A stretch of DNA of 64,000 bases from a bacterium. GTDB lineage: Bacteria; Zixibacteria; MSB-5A5; GN15; FEB-12. Below, one piece after another: positions 27,583 to 38,086 of the stretch. The stretch lies in NCBI GenBank assembly GCA_043811375.1, contig JBDRNJ010000074.1:58880-122879 (forward strand). The letters are read 5' to 3'. The translations under genes and the position numbers were made by a program. The number at the start of each line of letters is the position of its first letter. Positions within the stretch are counted from its first letter, which is position 1. The notes beneath the pieces are model-generated. The model saw only the letters and a program-made list of their open reading frames with translations. It did not search any database and was not told the origin of the DNA.

Positions 27583-27610
27583 TGTCATGCCGCGAGTCGG
27601 CGTGACCTAC
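27583..27610 (-). repeat. GTAG-type REP-like palindrome
   Basis: Minus strand GTAG-GTCACGCCG-ACTCG-CGGCATGAC-A. Confidence 0.55.
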
Positions 27611-27620
27611 TGTCTACCAT

Positions 27621-28670
27621 CTACGCCACCGTCACCTCTTTGCAGAGATACACATCCTGGATGGCGTTGAGCAGCTTGACGCCGTCTTTCATCGGTTTCT
27701 GGAAAGACTTGCGGCCGGAGATCATCCCCATACCGCCGGCGCGTTTGTTGATCACCGCCGTGCGAACAGCCGCCTCCAGATCACCGGTACCCTTCGAGGC
27801 TCCGCCGGAGTTAATCATACCGATCCGTCCCATGTAGCAGTTGGCAACTTGATAGCGGCAGAGGTCGATCGGATTGTCGGTGGTCAGCTTGTCGTAGACC
27901 AGGGGGTGCGTCTTACCGAACTTCAGCGCCGTGTAGCCGCCGTTGTTCTCGGCCTGCTTCTGTTTGACGATATCGGCCTCGATAGTCACCCCGATATGAT
28001 TGGCCTGTCCGGTCAGATCGGAGGCAACATGGTAGTCCTTGTCGGCTTTGAAAGCCGGGTTGCGCAAGTAACACCATAGAATGGTGAACATCCCCAGCTC
28101 ATGGGCGTGCGAGAAGGCCTCGGTTGTCTCCTGAAGCTGCCGCATCCCTTCTTCGGCGCCAAAATAGATCGTTGCCCCCACGCCAACCGCACCCATGTTG
28201 AAGGCGTTCTCAATGTTGGCAAACATCACCTGGTCCGGTCTGTTGGGATAAGTCAGCATCTGGTTGTGGTTCAGTTTGAGAATCAAGGGAATCTTGTGGG
28301 CGTACTTACGAGCTATCGACCCCAGCACGCCGAATGTCGAAGCGACACCATTGCAGCCGCCCTCGATAGCCAGCTCGACGATTTTAGCCGGGTCAAAATA
28401 GTCCGGGTTGGGTGCAAACGACGCCCCGCCGGAGTGCTCGATCCCCTGGTCGACCGGCAGAATCGAAACATACCCGGTCCCGGCCAGGCGACCGTTGTTG
28501 AACAACCAGTTCAACGAGCGCATAACTGCCGGTGTACGGTCGGTCTGGCTGAACACCCGGTCGATAAAATCCGGCCCCGGCAGGTGCAGTCGTGATTTGG
28601 TAATCCCCTCACACTTGTAGGTCAACAGTCCCTTGTCATCCCCCAGCGCCTTCTCGATTCTGTTTATCAT
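27621..28670 (-). CDS. fbaB: Class I fructose-bisphosphate aldolase (FbaB/DhnA type)
   Basis: [17 protein letters not shown] Schiff-base Lys, [18 protein letters not shown]. Confidence 0.95.
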   Translation of the reverse strand: MINRIEKALGDDKGLLTYKCEGITKSRLHLPGPDFIDRVFSQTDRTPAVMRSLNWLFNNGRLAGTGYVSILPVDQGIEHSGGASFAPNPDYFDPAKIVELAIEGGCNGVASTFGVLGSIARKYAHKIPLILKLNHNQMLTYPNRPDQVMFANIENAFNMGAVGVGATIYFGAEEGMRQLQETTEAFSHAHELGMFTILWCYLRNPAFKADKDYHVASDLTGQANHIGVTIEADIVKQKQAENNGGYTALKFGKTHPLVYDKLTTDNPIDLCRYQVANCYMGRIGMINSGGASKGTGDLEAAVRTAVINKRAGGMGMISGRKSFQKPMKDGVKLLNAIQDVYLCKEVTVA

Positions 28671-28839
28671 TTAGGATTCTCCCATATCAGGACCTTTTGA
28701 TTTTCTGGTAATCATATTATCTGTTTTGGTGGGGAAAGTAAACAGAATTGAGTCAGCGTAGGCGTCTGATTCGGCGGTCCGAAAGAAGCCAGAGAGTACG
28801 GTGAGTAGTAATGCGAAGAACCAGCCTCAGATTCTCGCG

Positions 28840-29628
28840 TCAAACCAACTCACAACGCATCACGGTGATAGCCCGGCCGGAAAGTACCACCCTTTCCCCC
28901 TCCACGCGGACACCGACTTCGCCCCCACGCTGGGAGGCCTGGTATGCGGAAAACTCGCGCTTGCCCAGTTTGGCTGCCCAATAAGGACCAAGCATACAAT
29001 GAGCCGCGCCGGTAACCGGGTCTTCATTGATTCCCATCGCCGGCGCAAAAAAACGCGAAACAAAATCATAGCGACTCTCATCACCGCGACTGGTCAGGAT
29101 CAACCCTCGCAGGGATAATCGGAGAATCGCCCCGAAATCCGGCTGGCAGCCACGAACCGTTTTTTCTGAGGCAACTTCGACCAGGTAATCCAGATCGCTC
29201 CTGCCGACATATACCGGCTCCACACTCAGCGCTTCGGTAACTTCAGGCGGAGTTTCGCAGGGCCGGGTCAACCGAGCGGGGAAATTCAACTCGATGGCAT
29301 CACCCGCCCGCTTAGCCGTCAGCAGTCCGCTTTGCGTCTGGAATCGTGCCGATTGATCCGACGTAAGGTGACCTTCCTCCCACAGCACGTGCGCAGCGGC
29401 CAGCGTGGCGTGGCCGCACAACTCGACCTCGGCTGCCGGTGTAAACCACCGCAGATTGTACCCGTCATTCTGCGGGTACAGAAAGGCTGTCTCCGAAAGG
29501 TTCATCTCGGCCGCTACCTGCTGCATCCAGGTTTCCTCGGCAGGTCCGTCAAGGATACAAACCGCGGCCGGATTGCCGGCAAACGGTCGGTCGGCAAAAG
29601 AATCTACCTGTACAATTCGTTGACCCAT
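28840..29628 (-). CDS. PhzF family isomerase
   Basis: GNPAAV, EMNLSETAF, LCGHATLA, EDPVTG. Confidence 0.95.
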   Translation of the reverse strand: MGQRIVQVDSFADRPFAGNPAAVCILDGPAEETWMQQVAAEMNLSETAFLYPQNDGYNLRWFTPAAEVELCGHATLAAAHVLWEEGHLTSDQSARFQTQSGLLTAKRAGDAIELNFPARLTRPCETPPEVTEALSVEPVYVGRSDLDYLVEVASEKTVRGCQPDFGAILRLSLRGLILTSRGDESRYDFVSRFFAPAMGINEDPVTGAAHCMLGPYWAAKLGKREFSAYQASQRGGEVGVRVEGERVVLSGRAITVMRCELV

Positions 29629-29677
29629 AGACGTATCCTAACAGATGTCGTTATTGATGTCAAGCCACCAGCATCCG

Positions 29678-31942
29678 TCAGGTGCGCAGGAGATACTGAA
29701 ACTTGAAGAAGAATTGGCGCGCACTCTTTTCGGGACAGTGCGAATCCCACAATTCCCAGGCGTAGTTGTGCGTAGATCCGACGTAGAAAACAGTGTAGGG
29801 ATTCACGCGATAGGTAACCAACGGTTCAACACTGAGGTCATCGGCAAACTCATTATACTGCACTATGGTTCGTACAAAAAGCTCCCTTGTAATCTGGTAG
29901 TTGGTCCGCAGACGCAGAATGACGCCTTCATAGATCAACTCTCCGGTATCGCGGTTTCTCAGCTTCAGCAGGTCAACTGATGGCGACAGCGTCAACTGCT
30001 GCAGCGGCTTGACGTCTGCCCACAAACTGAAGTTGGTAACTCGACCCATAACCGGAGGGTCCACATTGCGGGCAATCGTATTACCGTAGCCGAACTGCAG
30101 GCCAAGTTGCACAGCTTCGAGTGTTTCGTTGCCAATGTTCACGCTGAACCGCCGGATATCGTCAAACCAGATGTCATGATAGTTCTCGCGACTCAGCAGC
30201 ATATTGACATTAAACCATGTTCGACCCCGGAAATTCATGCCCAGCTCCGGACGCACCCATTCATCTTTACGCGTGCCGTTGTAGTCCCACACCCGCCCAA
30301 AGTCGATAAACGGACTGACCCTGGTAACCACGCGGCCATTGGGCCGGAAAGTGAGCATTGTCCATCCCAAAGCCCAGCGGCGACTGTTACTCCAGATGGA
30401 TCCCAGGTCGGCGCGGAAAGTCGGGCTGGTTGCCATATAATCAAGATCGAAACTCCACAGCCTCCCGCTGCGCTTCAGGCTGGCATACCAGGCGTGGCCG
30501 TCGAATGACTCCCCGTCCAGCGCTACCGTGTGTCGACCGTCATCGAAATACTCCTGCCCGTAACCGCTCTCAACCGTAGTGTCGATAGCGTTGGGCGCGT
30601 CAGCTTCCTTGGTGTGACCACCCAGAGCCTGAAATTCAATACGGTAGTATTTCAGAAAACTAATCCGCGCATCGGCGCCGTAGACACTGTTAGCACCGCC
30701 TCCTTCGAGTCGTCGGTCGGTTACCAGGGCGCCGATATGAGAATCATCCAGGATAGTCCGCCGGACACGCGCGATACTGGAGGTGGAGTTTTCAAACGCC
30801 GCAAATGCGGAACGCTCCTCAAGCGGTAACACGTAAGGCGTGTTTTCATCATGGGCCAGCAGATAGAAAAAACTGGTGCGTTCCATGCGCCCCGTCAGTT
30901 TGAAAGCCACGTCCGGATCGTTTATCGAGCGTGTGTAGATGGCATCGATCCAGGTATCATAAAGATCGCTGCCTTCCTGGAAAAACGGTCGCCGCTCCGG
31001 GTACCAGAGAGCGAAAGTAGAATTGACGTCGATCTGAGCAGCATCGGATTCCACCTGGCTGAAATCGGGATTGACGGCGACCTCAGCCGTAAGATTCGCC
31101 GTCAATCGATAGCGGGCGTTCAGCGCCAGCTCGGCATCAGGATCGGCATTGCTGAAACCAGATTTAAGATCGTCGGGATCACTCAGCGCACTCGACTGGA
31201 AACCAACCAGTGACGGCAACAGGTCCAGTCGGCTGCCGGGCTTAACATTCCTGATACCGGCCAGGTATCCCATCTGACAGAAAAAACACGGCTCACCGAT
31301 CTTCAATGGCGCCCAGGAATACTTGTACATCTCATCACGCGGATGACTGCGCCAGAAAGTAGCCCGCCATTGCTGCTCTTCCCGGTTGGGGAAACGCAGC
31401 GAACTGAACGGGATCGCCATTTCCGCCTGCCAGCCGGTGGACGTTATCTTGCCTGCGGTTTCATAAACGATATCGAAGCGCCAATCCTCATCTCCACCAC
31501 CAATCCAGCGCAAATCCCCCTGCACACCCAGCGGGTTGACATAGAACTCGTACGACCAGGCTGCATCACCATAGGTATCCAGGATGATACCAATAAAATC
31601 ATCACCGAAAATCCGGTCGCGGTCAGTGAGAGTGGCACGGATGGTACTGGGATCGTCATGACAGATGAACGCCATGTACAGATAGCTGTCGTCATAAGCA
31701 ATCAGCACTTCTGTTTCTACCGGAGGTATAACATTGTCCACCGGCAGGAACTGCGTAAAATCCGTTACGCGGGCAGCCGACCGCCAGGCGGGATCATTCA
31801 GATCACCGTCAAGTTCTATCGATCCGAAGATTCGCGGAACATCGAGCCGGGGAGGTGTGGCTGGTTGTTCGGTCGTTTGAGCTGTTACAGATGCCGACAT
31901 CAATAGAAGCATTAGCCAACGCAGCATAAGTAAACCTTTCAA
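29678..31942 (-). CDS. CBM9-like/DUF5916 outer membrane protein
   Basis: Signal peptide; LDGDLNDPAW, GWQAEMAIPFSSLRF, VNPDFSQVESD, ERRPFFQEG; beta-barrel-like C-terminus. Confidence 0.85.
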   Translation of the reverse strand: MKGLLMLRWLMLLLMSASVTAQTTEQPATPPRLDVPRIFGSIELDGDLNDPAWRSAARVTDFTQFLPVDNVIPPVETEVLIAYDDSYLYMAFICHDDPSTIRATLTDRDRIFGDDFIGIILDTYGDAAWSYEFYVNPLGVQGDLRWIGGGDEDWRFDIVYETAGKITSTGWQAEMAIPFSSLRFPNREEQQWRATFWRSHPRDEMYKYSWAPLKIGEPCFFCQMGYLAGIRNVKPGSRLDLLPSLVGFQSSALSDPDDLKSGFSNADPDAELALNARYRLTANLTAEVAVNPDFSQVESDAAQIDVNSTFALWYPERRPFFQEGSDLYDTWIDAIYTRSINDPDVAFKLTGRMERTSFFYLLAHDENTPYVLPLEERSAFAAFENSTSSIARVRRTILDDSHIGALVTDRRLEGGGANSVYGADARISFLKYYRIEFQALGGHTKEADAPNAIDTTVESGYGQEYFDDGRHTVALDGESFDGHAWYASLKRSGRLWSFDLDYMATSPTFRADLGSIWSNSRRWALGWTMLTFRPNGRVVTRVSPFIDFGRVWDYNGTRKDEWVRPELGMNFRGRTWFNVNMLLSRENYHDIWFDDIRRFSVNIGNETLEAVQLGLQFGYGNTIARNVDPPVMGRVTNFSLWADVKPLQQLTLSPSVDLLKLRNRDTGELIYEGVILRLRTNYQITRELFVRTIVQYNEFADDLSVEPLVTYRVNPYTVFYVGSTHNYAWELWDSHCPEKSARQFFFKFQYLLRT

Positions 31943-32172
31943 AACGGCAAGTTAAGGTCCATTGATCCTATTTACGCCAGACATCAGGCAAAGGTTTCCC
32001 CTGCCGGCAGTACCCTGACTGGTCGTCAACCCGTCACGTTCTCCGAACCCGCCGACGTAAAGCAGCCTTTAGGCGCAGGACTCTTTATGCAGATTCCGGT
32101 GCCTGCTATACAGCTTCATCACATTCGACAGCTATTATGCGATATGAACTGACCGATCGGAGGAAAACCGTA

Positions 32173-33399
32173 TCAGATACTTCTGATAAGGGAAAGATAC
32201 TCTTTGGCCCATCGCTCACGGTGGTGATAGCGAAGGATATGCTCATGGTACTGCCGTCCCAACCGGCTACCGTCAATCTCCCCTGATTTCAGCCGCAGAA
32301 TGAGATCACTCAGCCGGGTCGGATCATCGGTAGGAAACCACAATGCTCCACCAGCCTGCTCCAACTCTCGCACCGCCTCACCCTCACGCGCGCCAAAGAC
32401 AATCGGACGTCCTGACGCCATGTACTCAAAAAGCTTGCAGGGGAAAGTCCCCTTAGCTATCGGTACTTCTCGCAAACTCTCAACCAGCACATCACTGGCC
32501 TGTAGAAAGTAGGGGATTGATTCCAGAGGTTGCAGTCCGATAAAGCTAACGTTCTTCAGACCGTAGTCGCGGACCATTCCCTCCAGGGCACCTCGTTTCT
32601 GACCATCGCCGGCGAATACGAAATAAATATCGGGATGGTCAACCAGTTGGCGGGCAGCCTCAATCACCGTTTCCAGACTATGAGCCCACCCCAGTGTACC
32701 GGAGTATAGAACGAGGAATTTTTCATCCCAACCGAATTTCTTACGAATACCGTTTGAGTCGGCATCGAGAAACTCATTGTCCACACCCGACTTGACAGTC
32801 ATTACGCGAGCAGTCGAATGACCGATAGTTATCATATAATCGGTGATGCCGTCAGTGGCCGACACGATATGATCCGCCTTGCGATAGAGCGCGTGCATGA
32901 ACTTCTTCAGCAACCGCGTAAACAACGACCGCTTAAGATTGCCGAACTCCTCACTCGACTCCGGCTGCAGGTCACGAATCTCAATAACAAACCTGGCCCG
33001 ATTCAATCTGGCCAGAATCCAGCCTATTACCGGTGATGTTACCGGAGGCGATGACGCCAGAACCAGGTCAAAACGATCCTTGATCCGAAACGAGTTGATC
33101 AGAGTGGTAACCAGGAAGATTATAAAGCCCACCATCCTCTTGCCGGGGTAACGGTTAGCTACCGGCAAAGCCCAGCTTCGGTAGACCTTGACACCATCCA
33201 TCTCCTCGGTATAAAAAAAATGTCCCCGGTACTTTTTGGGCACAATACCATCCGGATAGTTGGGAATAGCAGTCAATACCGAAACATTCTCCCCCTGTTT
33301 GACAAAAAAGCGGGCAAATTCAAAAAGGCGTCGAACGGCTCCTTTCTCCGGAGGAAAATGCTGCGTGACTATCAGAATATTCATATCTACCTGAGACAA
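32173..33399 (-). CDS. Family 4 glycosyltransferase (WbuB-like)
   Basis: HFPPEKGA, PNYPDG, YSGTLGWAH, PCKLFEYMASGRP. Confidence 0.92.
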   Translation of the reverse strand: MSQVDMNILIVTQHFPPEKGAVRRLFEFARFFVKQGENVSVLTAIPNYPDGIVPKKYRGHFFYTEEMDGVKVYRSWALPVANRYPGKRMVGFIIFLVTTLINSFRIKDRFDLVLASSPPVTSPVIGWILARLNRARFVIEIRDLQPESSEEFGNLKRSLFTRLLKKFMHALYRKADHIVSATDGITDYMITIGHSTARVMTVKSGVDNEFLDADSNGIRKKFGWDEKFLVLYSGTLGWAHSLETVIEAARQLVDHPDIYFVFAGDGQKRGALEGMVRDYGLKNVSFIGLQPLESIPYFLQASDVLVESLREVPIAKGTFPCKLFEYMASGRPIVFGAREGEAVRELEQAGGALWFPTDDPTRLSDLILRLKSGEIDGSRLGRQYHEHILRYHHRERWAKEYLSLIRSI

Positions 33400-33496
33400 T
33401 TCTACCAGTTTATTGTTTCCCGAGCAAGGTTTTTTTGCCTGCGGCAGTTAATAATTACCTTCCCCAACACGGTATCTGTTGCCAGTTCCGACTCGG

Positions 33497-34075
33497 TTAA
33501 CCGGAAGGCGGAAATTCCTCACCCGACAACGAGAATGTCCGGACGGAAACCCACTTATCACCCACCATGGGAGCGATCAAATCCAGCTTGCGGGCCACAA
33601 ACCTCTCGTTCGGCAAATATGAGACAATTCTATCCTTGACAAATACTACTCGGTGATGAGATATCTCGCGAGCCACCGTGACGTGTGGCTTAAGCTCCTC
33701 GTGAGGAGGCATCAACCCCAAACTGCTGTATAGACGAGAATACAGGTGGTTGAGATCGTCATTTCTTCTGACCTGCCAGTAAATAACCGGGTACCGGGGG
33801 TAGTAATCACCTATTGAATCCAGCTCTATCACAGCCGGCTTATGGAGATCGGATTCAGCCTTGATCAAACCGGCCAGTTCATCTATCGACTGGCCGGATG
33901 TAAACGGGAAAACCAGAGTTATATGGGCTGATACCAGATTGTACAGGGGGTCATACTTTTCCCGCATGGGCGCGACGATTTCATCCAGATGAGAGGGCAG
34001 GTATATCACCACCGCATAACGGTTTTGACGTCGGTCCTCCAGATTGCTGCGCAGGTAGTCATAATAAGTTGACAC
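33497..34075 (-). CDS. 2H phosphoesterase (2'-5' RNA ligase family, YjcG-like)
   Basis: Two HxT motifs: AHITL and PHVTV. Confidence 0.85.
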   Translation of the reverse strand: MSTYYDYLRSNLEDRRQNRYAVVIYLPSHLDEIVAPMREKYDPLYNLVSAHITLVFPFTSGQSIDELAGLIKAESDLHKPAVIELDSIGDYYPRYPVIYWQVRRNDDLNHLYSRLYSSLGLMPPHEELKPHVTVAREISHHRVVFVKDRIVSYLPNERFVARKLDLIAPMVGDKWVSVRTFSLSGEEFPPSG

Positions 34076-34089
34076 GTCAGGTTCTCCGC

Positions 34090-35586
34090 CTATCGAAAAA
34101 ACACAATCTCCACCCGCCGATTCTGAGATCGACCCCGGGCGGTGTCGTTGGGGGCAATGAAGTTGCTCTCGCCGCGACCGAAAACCTTTATCCGGTCCTC
34201 GGCCACCCCCATAACCACCAGGTAATCCCGAACTCTCCGGGCTCTTTTCTCCGACAGATCCTGGTTGGCGCGAGCTTGACCAATATTGTCGGTATAACCG
34301 GTAATTTCAAGCTTGATATCGGGCACGAAATTCAGCACCCTCGCCAATTCCTCCAGACGCTCCTGGTTGGCCGGGTCAACCTCAAACGAACCCGGCACAT
34401 AATCAATATGCAATATCATCGGCTCGTTGAGAAAGGGCAGGTCGATACAACCATGGCGGTCGACATCCGCACCCCACAGAGTATGGGGGCAGTCATCGAG
34501 TCCGTCCGGAACTCCGTCCAGGTCGGAATCTATCGGGCAGCCTCTGGCATCAACTATCGCACCGATGCGGTTGGCCGGGCATCCGTCCAGATAATCGGGG
34601 ATACCGTCAAAATCGGAATCCACCGGACATCCGAAGATGTCCACTCGTCCGGCTGCTCGAGGCTCCGTATTAGGACAGTCATCCCACTCGTCGTTGACGC
34701 CGTCACCGTCGGAGTCCATGGCACAGCCCCGTCGGTCGACCCGGGCGCCGGCCGGAGTACCGGGGCAATCGTCATTCTTATCGGGTACGCCGTCGCCATC
34801 GATGTCGGCTGTTGCCGTTGATTTCGGCTCATCCGGTGTTACCGTCTGCCAGGCCGTTTCGGATCGCCATTGATGACCACTGACGCGTCCCCCAAAGGAA
34901 AAACCAACTGCCAACAACGACCCCATCAGCCACCGCGGCCGACTCGAATTGACACCGACTCTGAACTCGGCGCCGGCGGTTGTCAAATGATCCACTTGCA
35001 GGCGCCACTTTAACGAAAATCTATCAGACAGCGATACTTCCATGCTGCCGCAACCGGTCACGAACAATTCCGAGGCCCGGTAACTGACTTCTTCATTGCG
35101 AGCTCCGCGAGCTGTCAGGATCGTATCAGCCGGCGGGTCCATGAACTTCCAGGTCATGAGACCGCCGCCCAGCCCGACCGCCACGCTGATCCGCCCGCCA
35201 CTCAGCAGCCGGCGTCCGGCCAGCAATCCGATCCGGGTTGCCCGCCATTTGAGTGTGGCGTCGGTGGCGTCCCCGCCAAACGACCAGCCCGATCCGGCTG
35301 TGGAATCATTGAAGAGTTGATAAGTGGTCAGGCTCAAACCCAACGTCCACCGCTCGTGAAAACAATAGGTCACACCGCCACCCCAGGCGCGGTCAACAGT
35401 GAACCTGGCCGAATCGGCGCTGCCGCCCCGTAACGTCGCCAGACCGCCCCTGACATCCACCGTAAAACGGTGATCGGGACACCCGGCCGACACCCCGGCC
35501 GACATGATAGCTGCGGTCATACCGACCACCGCCAAAAATCCGACGGTGCGCCCGACCATTGGCCATTTACCAGCATCAGGAGACAT
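34090..35586 (-). CDS. OmpA family protein (beta-barrel, TSP3 repeats, PG-binding domain)
   Basis: DxDGDGVPD..D.CP repeats; GYTDNIG..NQDLSEKRA..NRRVE. Confidence 0.92.
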   Translation of the reverse strand: MSPDAGKWPMVGRTVGFLAVVGMTAAIMSAGVSAGCPDHRFTVDVRGGLATLRGGSADSARFTVDRAWGGGVTYCFHERWTLGLSLTTYQLFNDSTAGSGWSFGGDATDATLKWRATRIGLLAGRRLLSGGRISVAVGLGGGLMTWKFMDPPADTILTARGARNEEVSYRASELFVTGCGSMEVSLSDRFSLKWRLQVDHLTTAGAEFRVGVNSSRPRWLMGSLLAVGFSFGGRVSGHQWRSETAWQTVTPDEPKSTATADIDGDGVPDKNDDCPGTPAGARVDRRGCAMDSDGDGVNDEWDDCPNTEPRAAGRVDIFGCPVDSDFDGIPDYLDGCPANRIGAIVDARGCPIDSDLDGVPDGLDDCPHTLWGADVDRHGCIDLPFLNEPMILHIDYVPGSFEVDPANQERLEELARVLNFVPDIKLEITGYTDNIGQARANQDLSEKRARRVRDYLVVMGVAEDRIKVFGRGESNFIAPNDTARGRSQNRRVEIVFFR

Positions 35587-36875
35587 CAGTACAGTTTCCT
35601 CAACTGGACACCGGTATAGTAGTGAGTCAGAATCCGATCAAACGACGACCCGGCCCGGGCCATACCGATGGCGCCACACTGACACATGCCGACACCGTGT
35701 CCGTAACCGCTGCCCGAGAAAGTTATCTTGCGAACGTTACCGGAGCCGTCACGATCGATCTTAACGTCAAAGCGGTCGGAAGGCAGAATCAGGTCCGGGT
35801 TGGAAGTACGGCCGACCATCCAGCGGATACGATCTTTGTGAAATCTGTAGACGTCGCTGTCGGTGCGTATCAGCAGACGTGCCACCCGGCCGCCGGGAGT
35901 ATGTTCGGCAATACGAACGTCCTGGATGCTACCTATACGCAGGTCTCGTCCCCGATCACCGGCCAGATACTGCTCCACCCGGCCCCTCAACTGCGACTCC
36001 GTAAACACTTCCTGCCATCGGTAGTATTTCGACCAGGAACAGGCGGTATCATCCGCCACCGCCTTCAGGTAGGGAATCTCCTTACGGTCCCAGACATGTG
36101 AGATGTTGTCGGTCATACCGCCGCAGGTCGAGTGATAGTAGGCGTTGATCAATTCATCATGGTAAGTAATAACTTTTCCGGCAGTAGCATCAATAGCCCG
36201 GTTGATCAATACGTTTTCGACGTCACCCCCTTCATATACCTGATCGATAATGCTGGACTTCATGTCGTACGGCTCCCCCTCGTACTGTTTCAGATGGGCC
36301 ATGGCATGGGTGCGGGCGGCTATCGCCTGGGCCTTGACGGCTTCTATTTCCTCATCGGACCTCCGGCCAATCTCGGGCGGCACCACTCCCCGCAAGTAGT
36401 CCTCCATGTAGACAATGTTTACCAGCCGGACATTGCGGCCATAAGGAAGTACTTTGATTATCCCCCGGTAACTTTTACGGTCGAGTTGTACTCGGTTGTC
36501 GGTTCCCCGCGGAATGATATTGACCTCGTCCACCAGTTCCTGAATCGAACCCCCACCGGGATTTTCGACGGTTAGTTTCAAACCCTCGTTTCTGACCGTA
36601 ACCGGACGCGATGAATAGTAAACTGTCTGTTCCCCACCGGCCAGGCATTCCACGGCAAACGACCGGGTCGTACTCAGGACCACCTCACTGGTGTTATCCT
36701 TCAGCAGAACCCGCACGAACGGAATCCTGATAAAGGAACCCGACCGCTCCTCCTTCAAACCCGGAACGGTGGCACAACTCCACACCAGAGCCATCAGGAA
36801 CAGGGCGGTACCGATTCGGGCCACCAGTCTGGCGGCCGAGTGCAGAAAGGACGTCGTTCTGGAATCGTTGCTCAT
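35586..36875 (-). CDS. SpoIID/LytB lytic transglycosylase lipoprotein
   Basis: Lipobox VWSC; EDYLRGVVPPEI, KAQAIAART, YHSTCGG, GHGVGMCQCGA. Confidence 0.92.
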   Translation of the reverse strand: MSNDSRTTSFLHSAARLVARIGTALFLMALVWSCATVPGLKEERSGSFIRIPFVRVLLKDNTSEVVLSTTRSFAVECLAGGEQTVYYSSRPVTVRNEGLKLTVENPGGGSIQELVDEVNIIPRGTDNRVQLDRKSYRGIIKVLPYGRNVRLVNIVYMEDYLRGVVPPEIGRRSDEEIEAVKAQAIAARTHAMAHLKQYEGEPYDMKSSIIDQVYEGGDVENVLINRAIDATAGKVITYHDELINAYYHSTCGGMTDNISHVWDRKEIPYLKAVADDTACSWSKYYRWQEVFTESQLRGRVEQYLAGDRGRDLRIGSIQDVRIAEHTPGGRVARLLIRTDSDVYRFHKDRIRWMVGRTSNPDLILPSDRFDVKIDRDGSGNVRKITFSGSGYGHGVGMCQCGAIGMARAGSSFDRILTHYYTGVQLRKLY

Positions 36876-38086
36876 TTTTTTTCTTTCACCGGGGGCTGCA
36901 CAATCCTGCCCAGTATCGGTTTGATCCCGGTGCGGTTATTCTTCCGATGCCGCATTAACGGCTCGGATCGTAAACAAGCTTCGCCCAGGACTGCAAATGA
37001 GGCCGCCTCCACCAGATCACCGTCCCAGCCAAGCTCGTCGACCGGTCGGACTTCAACCGCAGGTAACCGCTGCCGGAGTCGGTCTACCAGAAAGCTGTTC
37101 TTTCGACCTCCACCAGTCAAATACAATTTTGAGAGACTCCTGTTACGACGGATAAGCGGTTCAATTTTCATCGCAACAGTTGCCGCCGTCAGTTCAACCG
37201 CAGTTGCCAGCATATCCTCAGGCTGCAAACCGAATTTACGGCCGAAAACGAGAATCTCATCCACGACCGTCTGACCGAAGTCCTCGCGCCCGGTCGATAC
37301 CGCCCCACTCGAGAAAAAGGTGTTGGCCAACAGCAACGTCAGCAATCTCTGTGATGTCCGCCCCTGCGCGGCTCGTGCCCCACGTCCGTCAAACCTCTCT
37401 CCGAACAATTTTTGTGTAAGACTATCACTCAGGCAGTTTCCCGGCCCGCAATCGGCGGCATCAAGGCTCCGGGCGGCTGTTTTTCCGGGCAGGTAGAAAT
37501 AGTTTGCCATGCCGCCGATATTGACCAGCAGCCTGGTCTCTTCGGGCGTAGCGAACAGACGCTCAACAGCAACGGTCGTAATAGGAGCACCCTCGTTGCC
37601 AGCAGCCACATCGGCCTGTCGAAAATCGGCCACAACCGGCTTCCCTACGGCGGCTGCCACCTGCTCGGGTGATCCCAGTTGCAGCGTGCCGTGGACCATA
37701 AAATCACCTCGGCTTCTCTTCTGCGGCCGGTGGCGGACAGTCTGACCATGGGAGGCCAGCGCATCCACCCGGATTCCCCTCCTGCTCAAACTCCGGCAGT
37801 AGGTCGCGGCTGCTCGGCCAAAAAACTGACCCAATAAACTGTCCAGATCGATAATTTTGTCCAGTTCGACCGTCTGCGAGTCGATCACTTCCTGAACCAG
37901 TTGTCGGATTTCTCCCGGATAAGGCCGGGTGCGTCCGGCCAGATACTTGATCCGCATTCGTCTGCCGCCTCGAGAGATTCGCACGGCAACCATGTCCAGT
38001 CCGTCAACCGAGGTACCCGAGTTGAGCCCCAGCATGACCAGAGTCTTCCTGTTGAGTATTTCCAGCAATGTCACGACGGCAAACAA
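36872..38086 (-). CDS. anmK: Anhydro-N-acetylmuramic acid kinase (start may be GTG at 38074)
   Basis: GLNSGTSVDGLD, SHGQTVRH, DFRQAD..GNEGAP, NIGGMAN, DCGPGN, STGREDF. Confidence 0.93.
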   Translation of the reverse strand: MFAVVTLLEILNRKTLVMLGLNSGTSVDGLDMVAVRISRGGRRMRIKYLAGRTRPYPGEIRQLVQEVIDSQTVELDKIIDLDSLLGQFFGRAAATYCRSLSRRGIRVDALASHGQTVRHRPQKRSRGDFMVHGTLQLGSPEQVAAAVGKPVVADFRQADVAAGNEGAPITTVAVERLFATPEETRLLVNIGGMANYFYLPGKTAARSLDAADCGPGNCLSDSLTQKLFGERFDGRGARAAQGRTSQRLLTLLLANTFFSSGAVSTGREDFGQTVVDEILVFGRKFGLQPEDMLATAVELTAATVAMKIEPLIRRNRSLSKLYLTGGGRKNSFLVDRLRQRLPAVEVRPVDELGWDGDLVEAASFAVLGEACLRSEPLMRHRKNNRTGIKPILGRIVQPPVKEKK

